Origin: the human T2T-CHM13v2.0 reference genome, Homo sapiens
DNA length: 64,000 nucleotides
NCBI RefSeq assembly: GCF_009914755.1
Contig: NC_060929.1
Strand: one strand, 5' to 3'
Below are positions 42,491 through 57,622 of this stretch, piece after piece. The notes under the pieces are model-generated. The model was not told the DNA's origin and did not search any database. It saw only the letters and a program-made list of their open reading frames with translations. Position 1 is the first letter of the stretch; each line of letters opens with the position of its first letter. Made by a program: the position numbers and the translations under genes.

Positions 42491-43949
42491 AAACCCCTTA
42501 TGTTCCTTTCTAATGTGGAACCTTGGCTTTTTTATTCCTTATATCTTGTCTTCTGTGGGCCAGCGGCTTCTGTTTAGAGAGGAGCCTCCCAGCTTCCAGG
42601 CGTGATTTCCTCCCCCCGTGACTGGGCCTTCCTTCTCCCAGGGCCTGGGAAGGGGAGCCATGTCTTGTTTGCCTCATCATTGCCTCTCCCTCTTCATTTT
42701 CCCCTGCCCTAGCTCCCATCAGGCTCAGGATTCATCAAACCCCCCCACTTCCACTCTGTGGTGTGCCCAGAGCACAGTGCACCCCGTGGCTGGGTGTGGG
42801 AGGAGTGGTCTTTCATTCCTGGGGTCGCCATTCTTCTCATTGTGTGCCTTGGGCGGCCTGTGGTTTCTGAGAATTTGCCATGAAAATTGTACTCAGCTGC
42901 TGTGCGAAGAGCAGCAGAGATTCATGTAGTAATCTCCCGCCCTGCCACCTCCCAGGATTCCAGAGCCCCCCAGGAACCGCCCCTAGGATGGGAGGAGGAA
43001 AGGCAGGGGGAGAGGAAGACTCCCACTTGATATTGAGCCACCTGGCTTTGTGACCAGATCCTTTGAAAGACCACGCCGGGATTCCCCAGGTCCTTCAGAG
43101 CAGAATGTCTTTAGAAATGAACCCCAAAGGTGTCCGTTCCGGAAAAGCCAACGTTGCTCATAAGCAATGCCTTCATTTTCTGTGGCTGAGGGGAGGGGAA
43201 TCCCTGAATCCTGGCTTGGATGTGCTTTGGAACCTCAGTAATATATATCATCAGTAATAATATCATATTATTAATGACTTGTTACATACACACGCTGTGC
43301 CAGGTAGTACTCCAGGGATTTCATCCACATTCTCTTTCAGCAGCTGTGTGAGTGGAGTCATGTCAGGCAAAAAGACAAGCTAGAGAAGTGACAAGTCTGC
43401 CCCATACCTCCCACCTAGGAAGTGCCAGAGCTGGGATTCAGGCTGCCTTGGCCGTTTCTATTGCCTGACCTGTCTTAGCTTTTGAATAAAAGTAGGGGAG
43501 GTATTATTTGGATGATTTGCACAGAGAAAAGCAGCCAAATATCTCCACTACTCACCCTAAGAATCCAGGGCTCTGTTGCTTTTGGAGGGACTCTGTGGCC
43601 CAGAGGTGGCCCCGCGAGGTCCTTGTAGCTGTGGAGGGATTTGATGGGGATGGAGAAGTTATTTGGCCCCTGGCTGGCTGTCGTGGGCTCTTGGTGTTGG
43701 CGCCTCTGACAGGGAAACAGCTCTAGTGCTTCACCACACACACTAAACCTTGGTTCGCTTATCTGTGGCACGGGTATGCTGACTGCTGTGGCAAAGAGAT
43801 TAGGGCCAGTTAGGGTCGGTCTCCCTTTGGTCAAGCCTGGAACCTTCTTAAGTTTATCAGTAACCAGTCCTGTTAAAATGGAATTTCAAATGAAAATGAT
43901 TGTTAAGTAAAGACCAATCGGGGCCCGCAGGAGTTCGGAGGAGGCCTAA

Positions 43950-44575
43950 CCGTGCTGCCTGTGTCTTTCCGCAGACCCGAGCCCACCGGCGCGCCTCCTG
44001 GCCACCCGGCCGTGCTGCGGCCCCGGCCCCGAGCGACGCCCGGTCCTGGGCGAGGCGCCGCGCTTCCACGCGCAGGCCAAAGGCAAGAACGTGCGGCTGG
44101 ACGGCCACTCGCGCCGGGCCACACGGCGCAACAGCTTCTGCAATGGCGTCACGTTCACGCAGCGGCCCATCCGGCTGTACGAGCAGGTGCGGCTGCGCCT
44201 GGTGGCCGTGCGCCCTGGCTGGAGCGGCGCGCTGCGCTTCGGCTTCACCGCGCACGATCCGTCGCTCATGAGCGCCCAGGACATCCCCAAGTACGCCTGC
44301 CCGGACCTGGTCACGCGGCCGGGCTACTGGGCCAAGGCACTGCCCGAGAACCTGGCGCTGCGCGACACGGTGCTGGCCTACTGGGCCGACCGCCACGGCC
44401 GCGTGTTCTACAGCGTGAACGACGGCGAGCCGGTGCTCTTCCACTGCGGCGTGGCCGTGGGCGGCCCGCTCTGGGCGCTCATTGATGTCTACGGCATCAC
44501 CGACGAGGTGCAGCTTCTGGGTAGGTCGCGGGCGCGGCGCCCCCTGGGGACCTGGCAGCGGTGCCTTTGCGCGTG
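43950..44575. promoter_or_regulatory. Intragenic CpG island over exon 2
   Basis: Dense CpG limited almost exactly to the exon. Confidence 0.7.
43975..44520 (+). CDS. NEURL1B: NEURL1B exon 2, NHR1 (neuralized homology repeat 1)
   Basis: Branch point CCTAAC (43945-43950), pyrimidine tract and CGCAG acceptor; encodes RFHAQAKGKNVRLD...NSFCNGVTFTQRPI...LWALIDVYGITDEVQLL; donor TGG|GTAGGT. Confidence 0.96.
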
Positions 44576-44791
44576 GGTGTGTGTTTCATTAGTAGCCACA
44601 GTCACTTATGGAGAGCTCCTTTTGCCAGGCGTGGCACTAAGCGCTTTACGCCTTTTGACTAATTTATTTCTCACAACAACCTACCCTCCGGTTTTACAGA
44701 TGCGAAAACTGAGGCATAGAGAGGTTAAATCATTTGTGCTGCAAAGCCAGGATTGGAACCCACATGGTTTGAACCCATGCTCTGGCCCAGG

Positions 44792-45001
44792 TTCATTCAC
44801 TCACTCATTCCTTCACTTCCTAGTTTATTTGCTCATTCATTCATTCATTCATTCGCTCACTCATTCCTTCACTTCCTAGTTTATTTGCTCATTCATTCAT
44901 TCACTCATTCACTCATTCGCACATGTATTCATTTGCTCACTCCTTCACCCATTCATTCACACGCTTCCATTTGCTCATTTAGTCGTTCATTCACTCATTC
45001 A
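44792..45001. repeat. (TTCA/CATT)n low-complexity tract with a 56-bp internal duplication
   Basis: CTTCACTTCCTAGTTTATTTGCTCATTCATTC at 44811 and 44867, plus many TCAT/TCAC units. Confidence 0.88.
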
Positions 45002-47723
45002 GCGTCAAACTTAGGCTCTAATCACAAACACCCATGGAGTACCTCCATGGCATGTGCAGAGAGGAGTTAGGTGTGGCGAACCCTGGCCCACATTAAGGGG
45101 CTGGAGGTGCTGGGGAGGCTGACAGGTGTGAGCCCGATTCTCACGGAGGAGGCAGCGGCTAATGCCCAAATCCTGATGGTGAGAATTCATGGGAGTAGAA
45201 GTTTGCTACCTGTATCTCAAGACCTTTTTTTAAAAATTGAGGTAAAATTCACATAATAGAACAGCAACCATTTTAAAGTGTACAACTGAGTGGCATATAG
45301 TTGTCAGCCATCACCTCTATCCAGTTCTAAAACATGTCATCACCCCAAAGGGAAACCCTACCCATTAAGCAGCCACTCCCTGTTCTCCCCTCGCTCCAGC
45401 CCCGGCAACCACTCATCTGCTTTCTGTTTGAGACCTTAGCTCTTGAACCTACAGGTTGCACCGGAACCAGCCCAGCCTCGACCTCTAGGGGAGTAAAGGG
45501 AGAGCAGGTTTGTCAGGGAATCTGGACACAGCTCTTGGTGTAGCTTAGTGTAGCTTATGTGCAGTGTTGAAATGCATGGATCTAAAGGTTTGCAGGTGTT
45601 GACAGACTGATGCACCTGTCCGTAACCCCAGAGGTGATCCTTCTGAGTCAAGCCTTCTCTTCTCCAGAGGTAGCCACTGTTCTGATTTTTCACCATAGGT
45701 TAGTTTTGCCTGTTTTTGAACTTCATGTGAGTGGAATCGCACAGTATTTATCCATTGGTATCTGGCTTCTTTATCTCAGCATCGTATTTTTCAGATTCAT
45801 CCACATTGTTCCTGTATCAGTAGTTCGTTCCTTTTTATTGCTAAGTATGCTAAGTAGTAGCCCATGAACTGGATTACCAGAGTTTGTATATCTGCATGTT
45901 TGGGCTGTTTCTGGCTTTTCAGCCCTGCATCTTGTGGGAAAACCCTGGCCTGGGATTCTTGATCCTCTACCTCATCCCCTTCATTACCCCACCATTGGGC
46001 AAGGAGGAAAGATTCATGCATCCAAGCTATGCCCCAACCCACAGAAGTAGGAAGACAGTGGAACATCTGAGTGGTCAAGAGCAGGGTGTTGGATCACATA
46101 GACCTCTGTTCTAGAACTGACTCTCCACTTGCCAGCTGTGTGGCCTTGGCCAGGTAACTGAAACTTTCTGTGCCTCAGATTTTTTTTCATCTGCAAAATG
46201 GGCACAAGATAGCACCCACCTCATGGGATTGTTGATAAGGTTACATGAGATGATGTCTGAAAGGGATGCAGCACAGTTCCTGACACAGAGAAGGCACTCA
46301 AGAAATAACAGCTAAGAAATAAGAAGCTCTGCCTATTTGCAAGTGAGCCGGAGCACATGTCCAAATTCCAGGCTTAGACCAGATTGTGAAGAGCTACCCA
46401 CCCTCCAAGCTGGAGCCTACTTGGGCGTTTTAACTATGTCCCCTCATGCTCTTTTCCATGAAAGGCTTTGGTATTTCACCTCCAGGAGATGCAGGTTTCT
46501 GAAACCTCCTAGATTTCCCATCATCTTTTTTGGAGCTCTTTTTTCCTATCCAGCAGGGAAGCAATCCCACCTCACTCACCTGCTCATTTGCAGCCCATGT
46601 CTTTGAGTAACAGCCAAGAAATCACAGCCACTCCATAATCAGCTCAAGTGGATTCGGATTTTTAAAAATACAAATTGGAAGCAGCCTTTGATGACTTAAT
46701 GAGATTGCATAAATCTGTGAGGTGAACTCTCCCCCCACCCCCACTCTATTTCCTTATTCAGCAAACTCTTATTGAACTCCTTACAACATTCTAGGAAGGG
46801 AGAGGTAGAGTCTGCTGGAACATCACTGTGACATGGCAGACATGAGCCTCAGCTTCCCTTATCTACAAGTCGTCCCTGAGCTGTGCTTATTGATGGAAAC
46901 TACCTGGCACAGGTGCCACAGGACAATGATCACAAAATTATTCTGTCCTTTTTTTTTTAATCTGCCTCATATGATCTGCAGGAAACACAAACATATATAA
47001 AAGAAGAAAATGGTATTAGAAGGAATTTCATCCATGGGTGATGAGATAATGGGTGAATTTTACTTCCTTATATCTCTGAGTCACCTTTAAAAAATACATA
47101 TATGGAAAGAGCTTGTATTGCTTTTACAGTCAGAAAGAGCAATAAGGTTATTGTCCTTTCTGAAGGTTATATGAGATAATAGAGGGGAAGTTTCTGACAC
47201 GTGATTGAGGCTCAATGAATGTTTATTTTCTTCCCAGAGGAAAAGCGAGTTGTCATTGGATACATCTGGGTAAAGGGATTATGAGTGACTTTTTATTTTT
47301 CCAAAATAACAGTGATTTATAATCAGGAAAAATGTTGTAATAAAAATAAGCTAAGCAGTCATGATTTTGTATGGTTTAAGTACAGGAGACAAATACCCTG
47401 CTGTTTCCAGGACAGGATGAGGCACCACGAGAACATCAAAAATCCCACCCAAAATCTCCCAATACCTGGGAGAATTTGGCTTCCTGAACGTGGTGTCCAA
47501 GGTACCCAATGGAAACATAAAGAGACAGCCAGTTTCTGTGCTATCCTGAGCACTCTGAACTCCTTTCCATCACAAGGAACAAGGGGCTGACATGGTTCCT
47601 TTAGAGCTGCTCAGTTGTAAATTCTAGAATTGAAAACCCCTGAGACCTCTTCATTCCTCCCTCACCACAATCAGGTCCCACTGGATAAAACCTGAAAACC
47701 AACAAACAAAAGTGGCATCTGGG

Positions 47724-48401
<678 letters not shown>

Positions 48402-49068
48402 GTCTAAGAAGCATCCACCCCATCTTGTGGGGCTGGGGTGTGTTTTATTTGCCCTCGAGCCAAAGTCTCAGAAATAAAAAAGGGCTCGTAGGCCTCACAT
48501 ATTTTTTTTGCCTGGTGGAACTTTGAGCCCAGCCCAGTATCCTCCTGCACAGAGTCCAGCTGCAGCAGTGAGTGCTGCATCTATGGGGCCAGACCGTGGG
48601 GTGCCCTTTCTAGGTAAAGAATCCAGAGTCCCGAGAAGGAAAGTGACTAGCTTAGAACCACCAAGACGGTCAGTGGCAGAGCCTGGACTGGAAGACTGCT
48701 GCGGCAGTATTTAGTTCGCATTGTGCTCACCTGGGGAGCTTTGACAATCCCACTTCCCAGGCTGCACCCAGACCAATTAAATCAGAACCTCTGGGGGTGG
48801 CACCCAGGTGTTAGGATTTCTTAAGGGCCCCCAGCTGCTGCCAGGGTTGTGCTAACGATTCCCTTTGCATAGGTGTACATTGCCCCTTCCTTCCTCCCTC
48901 CCTGCTTGGGAACCTTGGGAGTCAAGTTCTTCGGACGCCTCTGTCCAGGGGATAGACTCATTGGGCCATGTAGACCCTGTCTCTTGCTTTGACTTTTTCG
49001 CTTCATCCCCAATCCCCACTCCTTTTCATGCCTTCTCCTGACCAGGTAGGCATCACTCTGATTCATAA

Positions 49069-49393
<325 letters not shown>

Positions 49394-49866
49394 TAGATTT
49401 GTTTTATATGCTTATGTGGATGGTATTGTGCTAAGGACCTTATTCTGTTTTTCTTTTTCCACTCACCCTTCTTTAGGATCTATCTGTACTGTGGTATGCC
49501 TATCTGGTTCCTTTCTCCCTCGTGGCCCCTGCTCATTGATGGACACCTGGATTACGACCAATCCCCCAAGCCACACACACAGACAGTACTGTAGGGTGCA
49601 TTGTCTCAGGGCTGCTCTATGCTTGTTTAATGGTCTCTGGGGTACAGATCAGGAGGGGCTTGCGGGTCCTGGAGTGGGTCCATCCTGAGAGGCTTAGATT
49701 TCTCGAGATGCTCCTCAGGGCCAAAGAGAAGGGACTGAGTGCAGGAAAATTACTTTTCGCTGAATTTAGCAGTTCCTGGAGCCAGGAGAGGAAGCTTCTG
49801 CCAGGCCATGCGCTCCCTTCCCTCCCTTCCCTCCCTTCTCCCTGTGGCTCCAGGAAGCATTTATCA

Positions 49867-50100
49867 CAGGTGGAATATCCCTTGTCGGAAATGCTTATGA
49901 CCAGAAGCATTTCAGATTTTAGACGTTTTTGGATTTTGGAATATTTGTATTATAGTTAACATTTCAGCATCACTAATCTGATATCCGAAAATCACTGTTG
50001 ATGATTCTAGATTAGTGTTTTTTCATGTTTTGTGCCCAAAAACTTCAGAGTTTGTAGCATTTCACATTTCAGATTTTCAGATCAGGGATACTCAACTTAT
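49867..50100. mobile_element. Tigger4/MER46-like MITE
   Basis: Inverted ends CAGGTGGAATATCCCTT and AGGGATACTCAACTT; internal TTTTGGATTTTGGAATATTTG. Confidence 0.6.
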
Positions 50101-52709
50101 GTCTCTTTTCTATGGAAGCCCTTTCTGGAGGTCCTCGAGTTCAGGCCAGGCCCTGTGCTTTTTTGAGGCAGCCCTGCCCTCCTTCCTAGGCAGCTCCAGG
50201 GTGGTCAGTGTCAGCCCTGCTGTCCTTCCTTTGCCCAGTCGTGGGAAGCTGGTCAGATTGAAAAAGCAATGCCAGTCGGGGGTCATGGCATAGCAGACCA
50301 TATTGTCAGAAATCTTTGGTTGCAAGGGACAGAAACTCAGTTCAGTCTCACTTAAGGAAAAAAAAAAAAAAAGAGGAAGCATTAATGTCTCATGTGGCTG
50401 AAAATTCCTGGGAATGGTTGCCTTTAAGCCTGGCTCAATGCGGGGACCCAAAGAACTGCACCTGGAATACTTGTCTGTCTTCATTTCTCATTTTGCCATC
50501 TTCTTTGGTGGCCTCATCCTCAGCTGGACTGTCCCTTTGGGGTGGAGGAAAGGCCACCAGCATTTCCAGTCTTGCATCCCACGAGCTTAACAAATCCAAC
50601 AGAAGAGCTGCTTTCCTAGAAGTCTGCCTGTCATCTCTAGATGTAGCCTCATGGATCTGGCCTGGGTCACATGCCTATCCTTGAACCCATCTCCATGGCC
50701 AGGGGCATAGGATGAAGTGATTGGCCAGGTTAAGGCCCCCCTCCTGACTCCTGAGGCAATGGGAGGTGGGGGTGGGGCAGTTCCCTCCAAAGAAAAGCTG
50801 GGTGCTGTTACCAGGAGAAGGGGAGTGGATGCCAGGCAGCCAGAAACAACAGTCCTGCATGGGCCTTGGAAAGGTGTCATTTGCCCAGCTTGGAAGCACT
50901 GAGATCCCTTGTTAAAGATAGTTACTAGGCACTTACTCTGTGCCAGGCACAATGCTGAGAGCTTGATGTGGGTCATGTCTTCTGTTCCTTACAAGAATCC
51001 TGTGAGGCAGGAAACTCATTTGCAAACTCCACGTGGATAGAGAACTTGGCCAAGGTTGCATAACTGTTGGTGGTCCTAAAGTCAGAGTTTGTTCATTATT
51101 GTTATAAACAAAGTGTGTGATAAAGACCTGAACTTATGGAGTTAAATGCAGGGTTCGGAGGTCTGAGCGCACCATTCCAGGCTGCAGGAGAGGAAACTGA
51201 GGCCCAGAGAAAGGCAGGGACTTGCCCAAGGTCTCCCAGCTGGTCAGTGGCCACGGTGGGGGAGGGAGGTGTGGACCCAGGGGCTGTCTCGGTGAGGGGC
51301 CTGTAAGCACACCTTGGGCCGGGAGGAATGCTGCTGTGCTGCTGGCTTCAGGCAGAGCCCCAGTGGGAGCCACGCGGAGTCATTAGCTTTGCGGTTAATG
51401 TTCTTTTTTCCAAACAGACCAGGCCAGCACCCACCTCCTCACCCCAGCGTAAATCATTTGCATGGCAGGGTGTCCTGAAGGGTTGTCCTTTCTCAGTCTG
51501 GAGCGAGACCGCCGCTGCATGGCCGCCAGCCTGTCCCACCAAGGGCTTCTGAAGGCCTGTTCTATGCAGGCACGGAGCTGGGTGCATCGTGATCCCACTG
51601 TTCTGCCCTCTTTAATCTTCCCCACAGGCCACTAAGATGGGATGAGGGTCCCCACTTTGCAAGTGGGGAAACTGAGGTCACAGCCAGAATTGGCCAGGGT
51701 CCAACCGAGGCCTGTGTCTGCAGTCCAGCCTTCTCTGGTTGGCAGAAGGGCATCTGGAAAAGCACGAGGTCAGTGGCGCACAGACCCAGGTCATGCCCCA
51801 GCACACCAAGGCCAGTGTTTGCCATCTTCTTTCCTAGAACCTCAAGCCCTCTCCCTTGGTGCCCACCCCCTCGGCCTTCCCCCCGTGGCCGTGGATAAGG
51901 AGCTCTGCTCCTGTCCCCTCCTGCCTGCTCATAGACATGGTTCCTGTCATTTGTCTACTTCCTCCGCCTCCACGGAATCACCCCCATGAGCACACAGAAG
52001 AGCCCCGGTGGCGTCCGTCTTTTCAAAACACCCTCCATCAGCCCCCTCACCAGCCACAGTCCTGTCTCTCTGCCCTCCCTCCCTCAGGGCAGGTCTTTCT
52101 TAAGTGCTGGTTATGCCACCCTCTCCTTTTCCCTCTTAAGCTGTGCCCTGAGGCGTGAGTCCCTGCCCATCACTGACCTTCAGCCTGTCAGACCCTGAGC
52201 CTACATCCTGGGCCCACTACCGGGCCCCTCGCTTTCAGCCCAGGTGACCTCTCCCGGCTGTGTGAATGTTGCTGCTTGTGGCTCCTGGGCCTTCCCGAGC
52301 TCCCGCCGTTCCTCCTGCTTTCCTGGCCACCCCTCGCCCTACCTGTCCTCCCTATGTTGAAAGCCCCATGGTTCTATCCTGGGCCCACTCTTTCCTTTTT
52401 ACTTTCTTAAATTGTGTAATACAATATGCATATAGGAAGGCATCTAAGAACAACTGTAGCATTCAACAGATTGTCATAAAACAAGCCTGTGTCTGTCTGC
52501 CCTCTTTCTCCAAGTTATCTGAGCCCATCATTGGGCTTCACATCTAGACTGTTGACTCCCAAACCCATCTTCCCAGCCCTGACACCTCCCTTGAACCCCA
52601 GGCCTCCCACCACCTATCCAGCCTCTCCTCCTACATCTGAGGGGCATCCCACACTGAACATGCTCGGACACAACTCTTGAATCCCCCACCTCCTGCTCCT
52701 CAGCCAGCC

Positions 52710-52887
52710 CCATTGGCAATAAGTAGCACCACCCCCTTGGTTGGCCATTGGCAGTAAGTGACACCACCCCCTTGGTTGGCCATTGGCAGTAAGTGACACC
52801 ACCCCCTTGGTTGGCCATTGGCAGTAAGTGACAACACCCCCTTGGTTGGCCATTGGCAGTAAGTGACACCACCCCCTTGGTTGGCCA
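52710..52887. repeat. 35-bp minisatellite, 5 copies
   Basis: Unit CCATTGGCAGTAAGTGACACCACCCCCTTGGTTGG starting at 52710, 52745, 52780, 52815 and 52850; copies 2-5 nearly identical. Confidence 0.95.
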
Positions 52888-55083
52888 GTAACCCGGTGTC
52901 ATTCTCGATTCCTCTTTTCCTTGCCTTGGATCCATTCTGTCAGTGAGTCCTGTCATTTCTGCCTCTAGTACATGGCCCGAGTCAGTCCCACAGAGTGGTG
53001 ATTGATGGATATGTTTCTCTGTCCCCAGTTGTCCCTGCCTTCATTTTCGTGTCTACACCAAGATGGTTTCATTTGAGACATACATTTTGCTTTACTTCCA
53101 GCCCAGATATATTGGACCTAAGAGAGAAAGGGGAGGGGAAAAAGGGAAGAGCTAGGCCCTGGAAGTGGCTTGGGAGAGTGGGAGGTCAGGGGCCTGTCCC
53201 AGCCTCCTCGTACCTGACTGGGGACTGCTGCAGTGTGTTGGTACTCAGTGGCTATTCATGGCAGGGAGGCGGGGACATTAGGCCCGTGGAGACTGAAACT
53301 CCAACTTTGGCCGGAGGCCAAGTCCCGGTGCTGGGCTGCTCTCAGAGCTGAACGACAACAGCAGCATTGGGAGGCAGTATTGCTAGCCAGGGGCCTTGCT
53401 CTGGAGTCAAAGCCTGGGCTGGAATCCTGTCTGTCACCCCCAGGCTATGTGACCTTCAGTAACTCACTCCACCTCTCAGCGCCTCAGTGTTCTCCCACTG
53501 TGAAATGTGCCCATTTTACAGAGCCACATAAGATAGTGGTGAGGACCAAAGGGGACCATCAGGGTATGGAGCTGCGTCTAGCAGGCGCTCGAGAACGTGG
53601 TTATGTGTGTACTTGTTTCAGCCACCGGTAGAAGCTGGGCAGTCTCGACACGCTCCCTCGGTGCCTCTTGATGTTGCTGGATTTCTGCCTATAGCCGACT
53701 GGTTCTCCTTAGAAGAAATGCCCCTTTGAGCAATGCATTCTGAAGTGTCTGGCCTAGGCTGGCGCTGTGCTGTCTTGGGCCTGTCTCAATCAGGGCCCAT
53801 GCCCAAGAGGAACAAAGCTCCTTCCACAAAGAATAAGTGAGGCCATGCAACCTTTTCTGAGGGGCTGCCGTGTGCCAGGTACCCAGCACAATGTCACATT
53901 CATTATAACCCAGCCTTGTAGACACGCCAAGCTTCCAGCACCTCAGTGCCTTCACATGTGCTGTTCTCTGTGCCTGGAGAACCTGCCCGGCCACAGATCC
54001 CTTATCTCCAGGTCGCAGCCTGTTGATCAGTCAGGGAGGCCTTTTCTGGCCTTAGTCCCCCTTTATACACCCTCAGAGAATCCCAGCTCTGTCACTCCCC
54101 AGCTGTGTGACCTCTTGGAGCCTCAGAGTTCCCCCACTGACACTTCCCCACATAGGACAGAGGCTCTTGGTGGCACTTGGCCCAGTTTTCTGTAAGATGG
54201 CTTCGTAGAGCCTTTATCTCCCACTTGAAAGGGAATTCCATAAGCACAGGAGCCACGCCTGTGTGTTCACCTCTGTTCACCCAGCACACAGCAGCGCTGG
54301 GCCCACAGTGAGTGCTCTATACGTTTTTATGATCATAATTAATGTTTTGAGCACTTAGTGCCATGCTCTGTATTACTCTTCATGACAGTAATTTCCATAA
54401 CATGGGGGTGTTTACCACTATCACTCTATCAGTCTATGTTATGCTGAGGGAGCTGAGGCTCTGGGAGGTGAAATGGCATACCTGAGGTCACATAGCCAGT
54501 AAAAGCCAAAGCCAGGACTTGAACCTAAGTCCGCCTGTCTCCATAGGCCATGCTCTTAATAAGGATGCTGCACTGATGGGCTCCTGTGTGGAGCCGCTGG
54601 GGGACAAGAGGAGGAGAGTTGGCGGGGGGGAAGGAGCAGGGCAAGTAAGGCCAGCGCCTTTAGGGGCGGGCGACTGTGAGTGGGGCAGGGAGCCTGGGAA
54701 AAGTGCATTGCACCGACACTTCCAGAAACACGTACTTGTCTAAAATGCCTTTTCAAAAAAAGTGCTTGTTTTATTCTACCTTTATTTATATGCCTTTTTT
54801 CTGATTATAAAAATCAATTTATGTTCATTAGAGAAAAAGAGAAAACTAGAAAACTATAAGAAGCAAATTTCTACCCAGAGATAACCACTCACATTTTAAT
54901 GTATTTCTATATTTTTCCTATGAATCCTATGCACACATTTTCCACAAAAGTAGAATCAAACCATGTGTTCAGTTTTGAATGTTTTGTTCATTTAATGTTA
55001 TATCATAGGTATTTTCCCATATTATTAAATATTAATTGAAAACTCAATTTTTAAAAATATTTTTTCCCATAAAAATTTGTAGC

Positions 55084-55444
55084 TGTATTAGTCTGTTCTT
55101 GAACTGCTATAAAGAACCACCTGAGACTGGATAATTTGTAAAAGAAAGAGGTTTAATTAGCTCTTGGTTCCGCAGGCTGTACAGGAAGCACGGCTGGGGA
55201 AGCCTTAGGAAACTTACAATCATGGCAGAAGGTGAAGGGGAAGTAGGCACAGCTTACTCGGCCAGAGAGGGAGGAAGAGTGTGAAGTGGGGGAGGTGCTA
55301 CACTTCTCAACAACCAGATCTCGTGAGAACTCGCTATCATGAGAAGAGCAAAGGGGAAGTCCACTCCTATGATCCAATCACCTCCAACACTAGGGATTAC
55401 AATTTGACATGAGATTTGGGTGGACACAAATCCAAACCATATCA
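55084..55444 (-). mobile_element. MaLR solo LTR (MST/THE1 family)
   Basis: TGTATTAGTC...CCAAACCATATCA termini with 5-bp TSD GTAGC. Confidence 0.82.
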
Positions 55445-56435
55445 GTAGCATACAAGTTTATTGAAGGAAAACTAGATAATACAGAAAAATCTAAAGAAAA
55501 GTCCTTCATGATCTCACCCCAAGAGATAATTACTATTAATATTTTGTCTCTCCATCACTTGATTTCCTATGCACATAAATAAAATGATACAGACAGATGT
55601 AGACAAATGCACACATATGTACTTTTTTAAAGAAACAAACTGAAACCCCACTTCTTCCCTCGAGCTATGGGAAGCACCCTCGCTAAGGCAAAGCATACAC
55701 ACTCAGATGCCCAGAGTCCAAACAAGTAGCTGACCCCTTTTGCTGAGACCTTGAAGAGGGCCACCTCAGGCACATCAAGAGAGATCAAACCACCTCAATA
55801 CAAGGGCAAGCTTCTTTAGCCCATTGTGGCCAGGGCAGAATTCAGGTCCTACTGCCAGATTTACTGGTTTCCCAAGTGCTATAAATCCAGTTTAAGTGAA
55901 AGGTGTCTGAGGGGGTGCATTTGGACCCACCGGGGCCTGGGGCATAATTCGAAAAAGCATGTGCATTCTTATGATTTCATTTCATATTTGGAAAACTAAA
56001 GAGGAAATATTTTTCAAGACACTATAGAATGGTAACATTTAACAAAATCTTGGCTCAAAGTGGTCTGTTTAAAAAGTCTAAAACACTTATTTTCCTATTA
56101 TGGTAAACAAAAATGTTTGTATCACTAAAAAACACCTTCACAATATTTTAATGACTCTTTCCTGATGTTGTTGTTATTTAGCATAGCAGTCTCTTCTAGA
56201 CCTTAGTCGTTCCTTCATTCATCCAATAAACTATTAATAGTGAAGGCTATTTGCCAAGCCCTGAGAACATGGTGGTGACCAGACTGACACAGACCCTGCC
56301 CTCAAGAGACTCATATTCCAGCTAGGGAGGCAGAAAATAAACAGGTAATCTACTAAAGTACGAATACCTGTATTACCCAAATGATAAACACTATTTTTGC
56401 TTTTTTACCTATGTCATATGAAGAACATTTTTTCA

Positions 56436-56804
<369 letters not shown>

Positions 56805-57622
56805 TCATTTAGTTTTATCAACTGACTCAATCTCCCGTAGACTTTTTTCTGTCAATGCTTAAACACCTATCCAGGGCCAGGCACTGTGCTCTGTGCTGTG
56901 AACACAGCAGTGAGGACAGACCCAGGTCCTCCCTTCTTTCAGAGGCAGCATGTGTTGAAGAGCCCAGACTCTAGAGCCAGACAGCCTGGGTTCAACTCAT
57001 GGGTTCAAGTCGGGGCTTTGCCACTTAGTAGCCATGTGCCCTTGGTCATGTTCCCCAACCCCTCTGTGCCTCAGTTTCCCTGTGAGCTCAATAGCAGGCA
57101 GTAACCGTACATGCCTCACAGAGTGGTTGTGTAAATTAAATGAGGTAGCGCGCGAAAGCTTAGAAGTGCCCGTTGCGTAAGGCCACGAGTACAGGTTTGC
57201 TCTTTTTATTGGAGCTTATGTTCTAGTTGGGGAGACGGACAATAAACGATTTTTAGATGCCCTTTTAATGATCAAAGTATGGAAACCTCGGAAAGAGGGA
57301 GAGAAGGGGAAAGGGTGGAGAGAAAAGGAGGGATGGAAGAAGAGAAAGGAGGAGGCAGGGGAAAAAGGGCCTTATCTGCCGCTCCCAAAGGTAAGAGCAT
57401 GTCAAGGAAACCGAGGATGGTGCTTAATGCAATTCTGTGCTCCTGTGACTCACTAAATAACACAGATGGACAAAAGGAGAGTTCGAAGCCGGGGTGGGGT
57501 GGGGGCTGCTCGAGGCCCGGGTCGGTCGTGGAGGCCTGCAGGAGGCAGCGGGCGAGGAGGGGCTCGCGACCAGCCTGACGCGCGGCCTCTCCCCCTCCAT
57601 GTCCCTCCCTTTGTCCGCACAG

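Noticed and set aside
43857-44444. 195-aa antisense ORF over exon 2
   Set aside because: Shadow ORF caused by the GC-rich codon usage of the real exon.
52710-52887. 35-bp repeats superficially like a CRISPR array
   Set aside because: Head-to-tail units with no unique spacers, eukaryotic context and no cas genes; it is a minisatellite.
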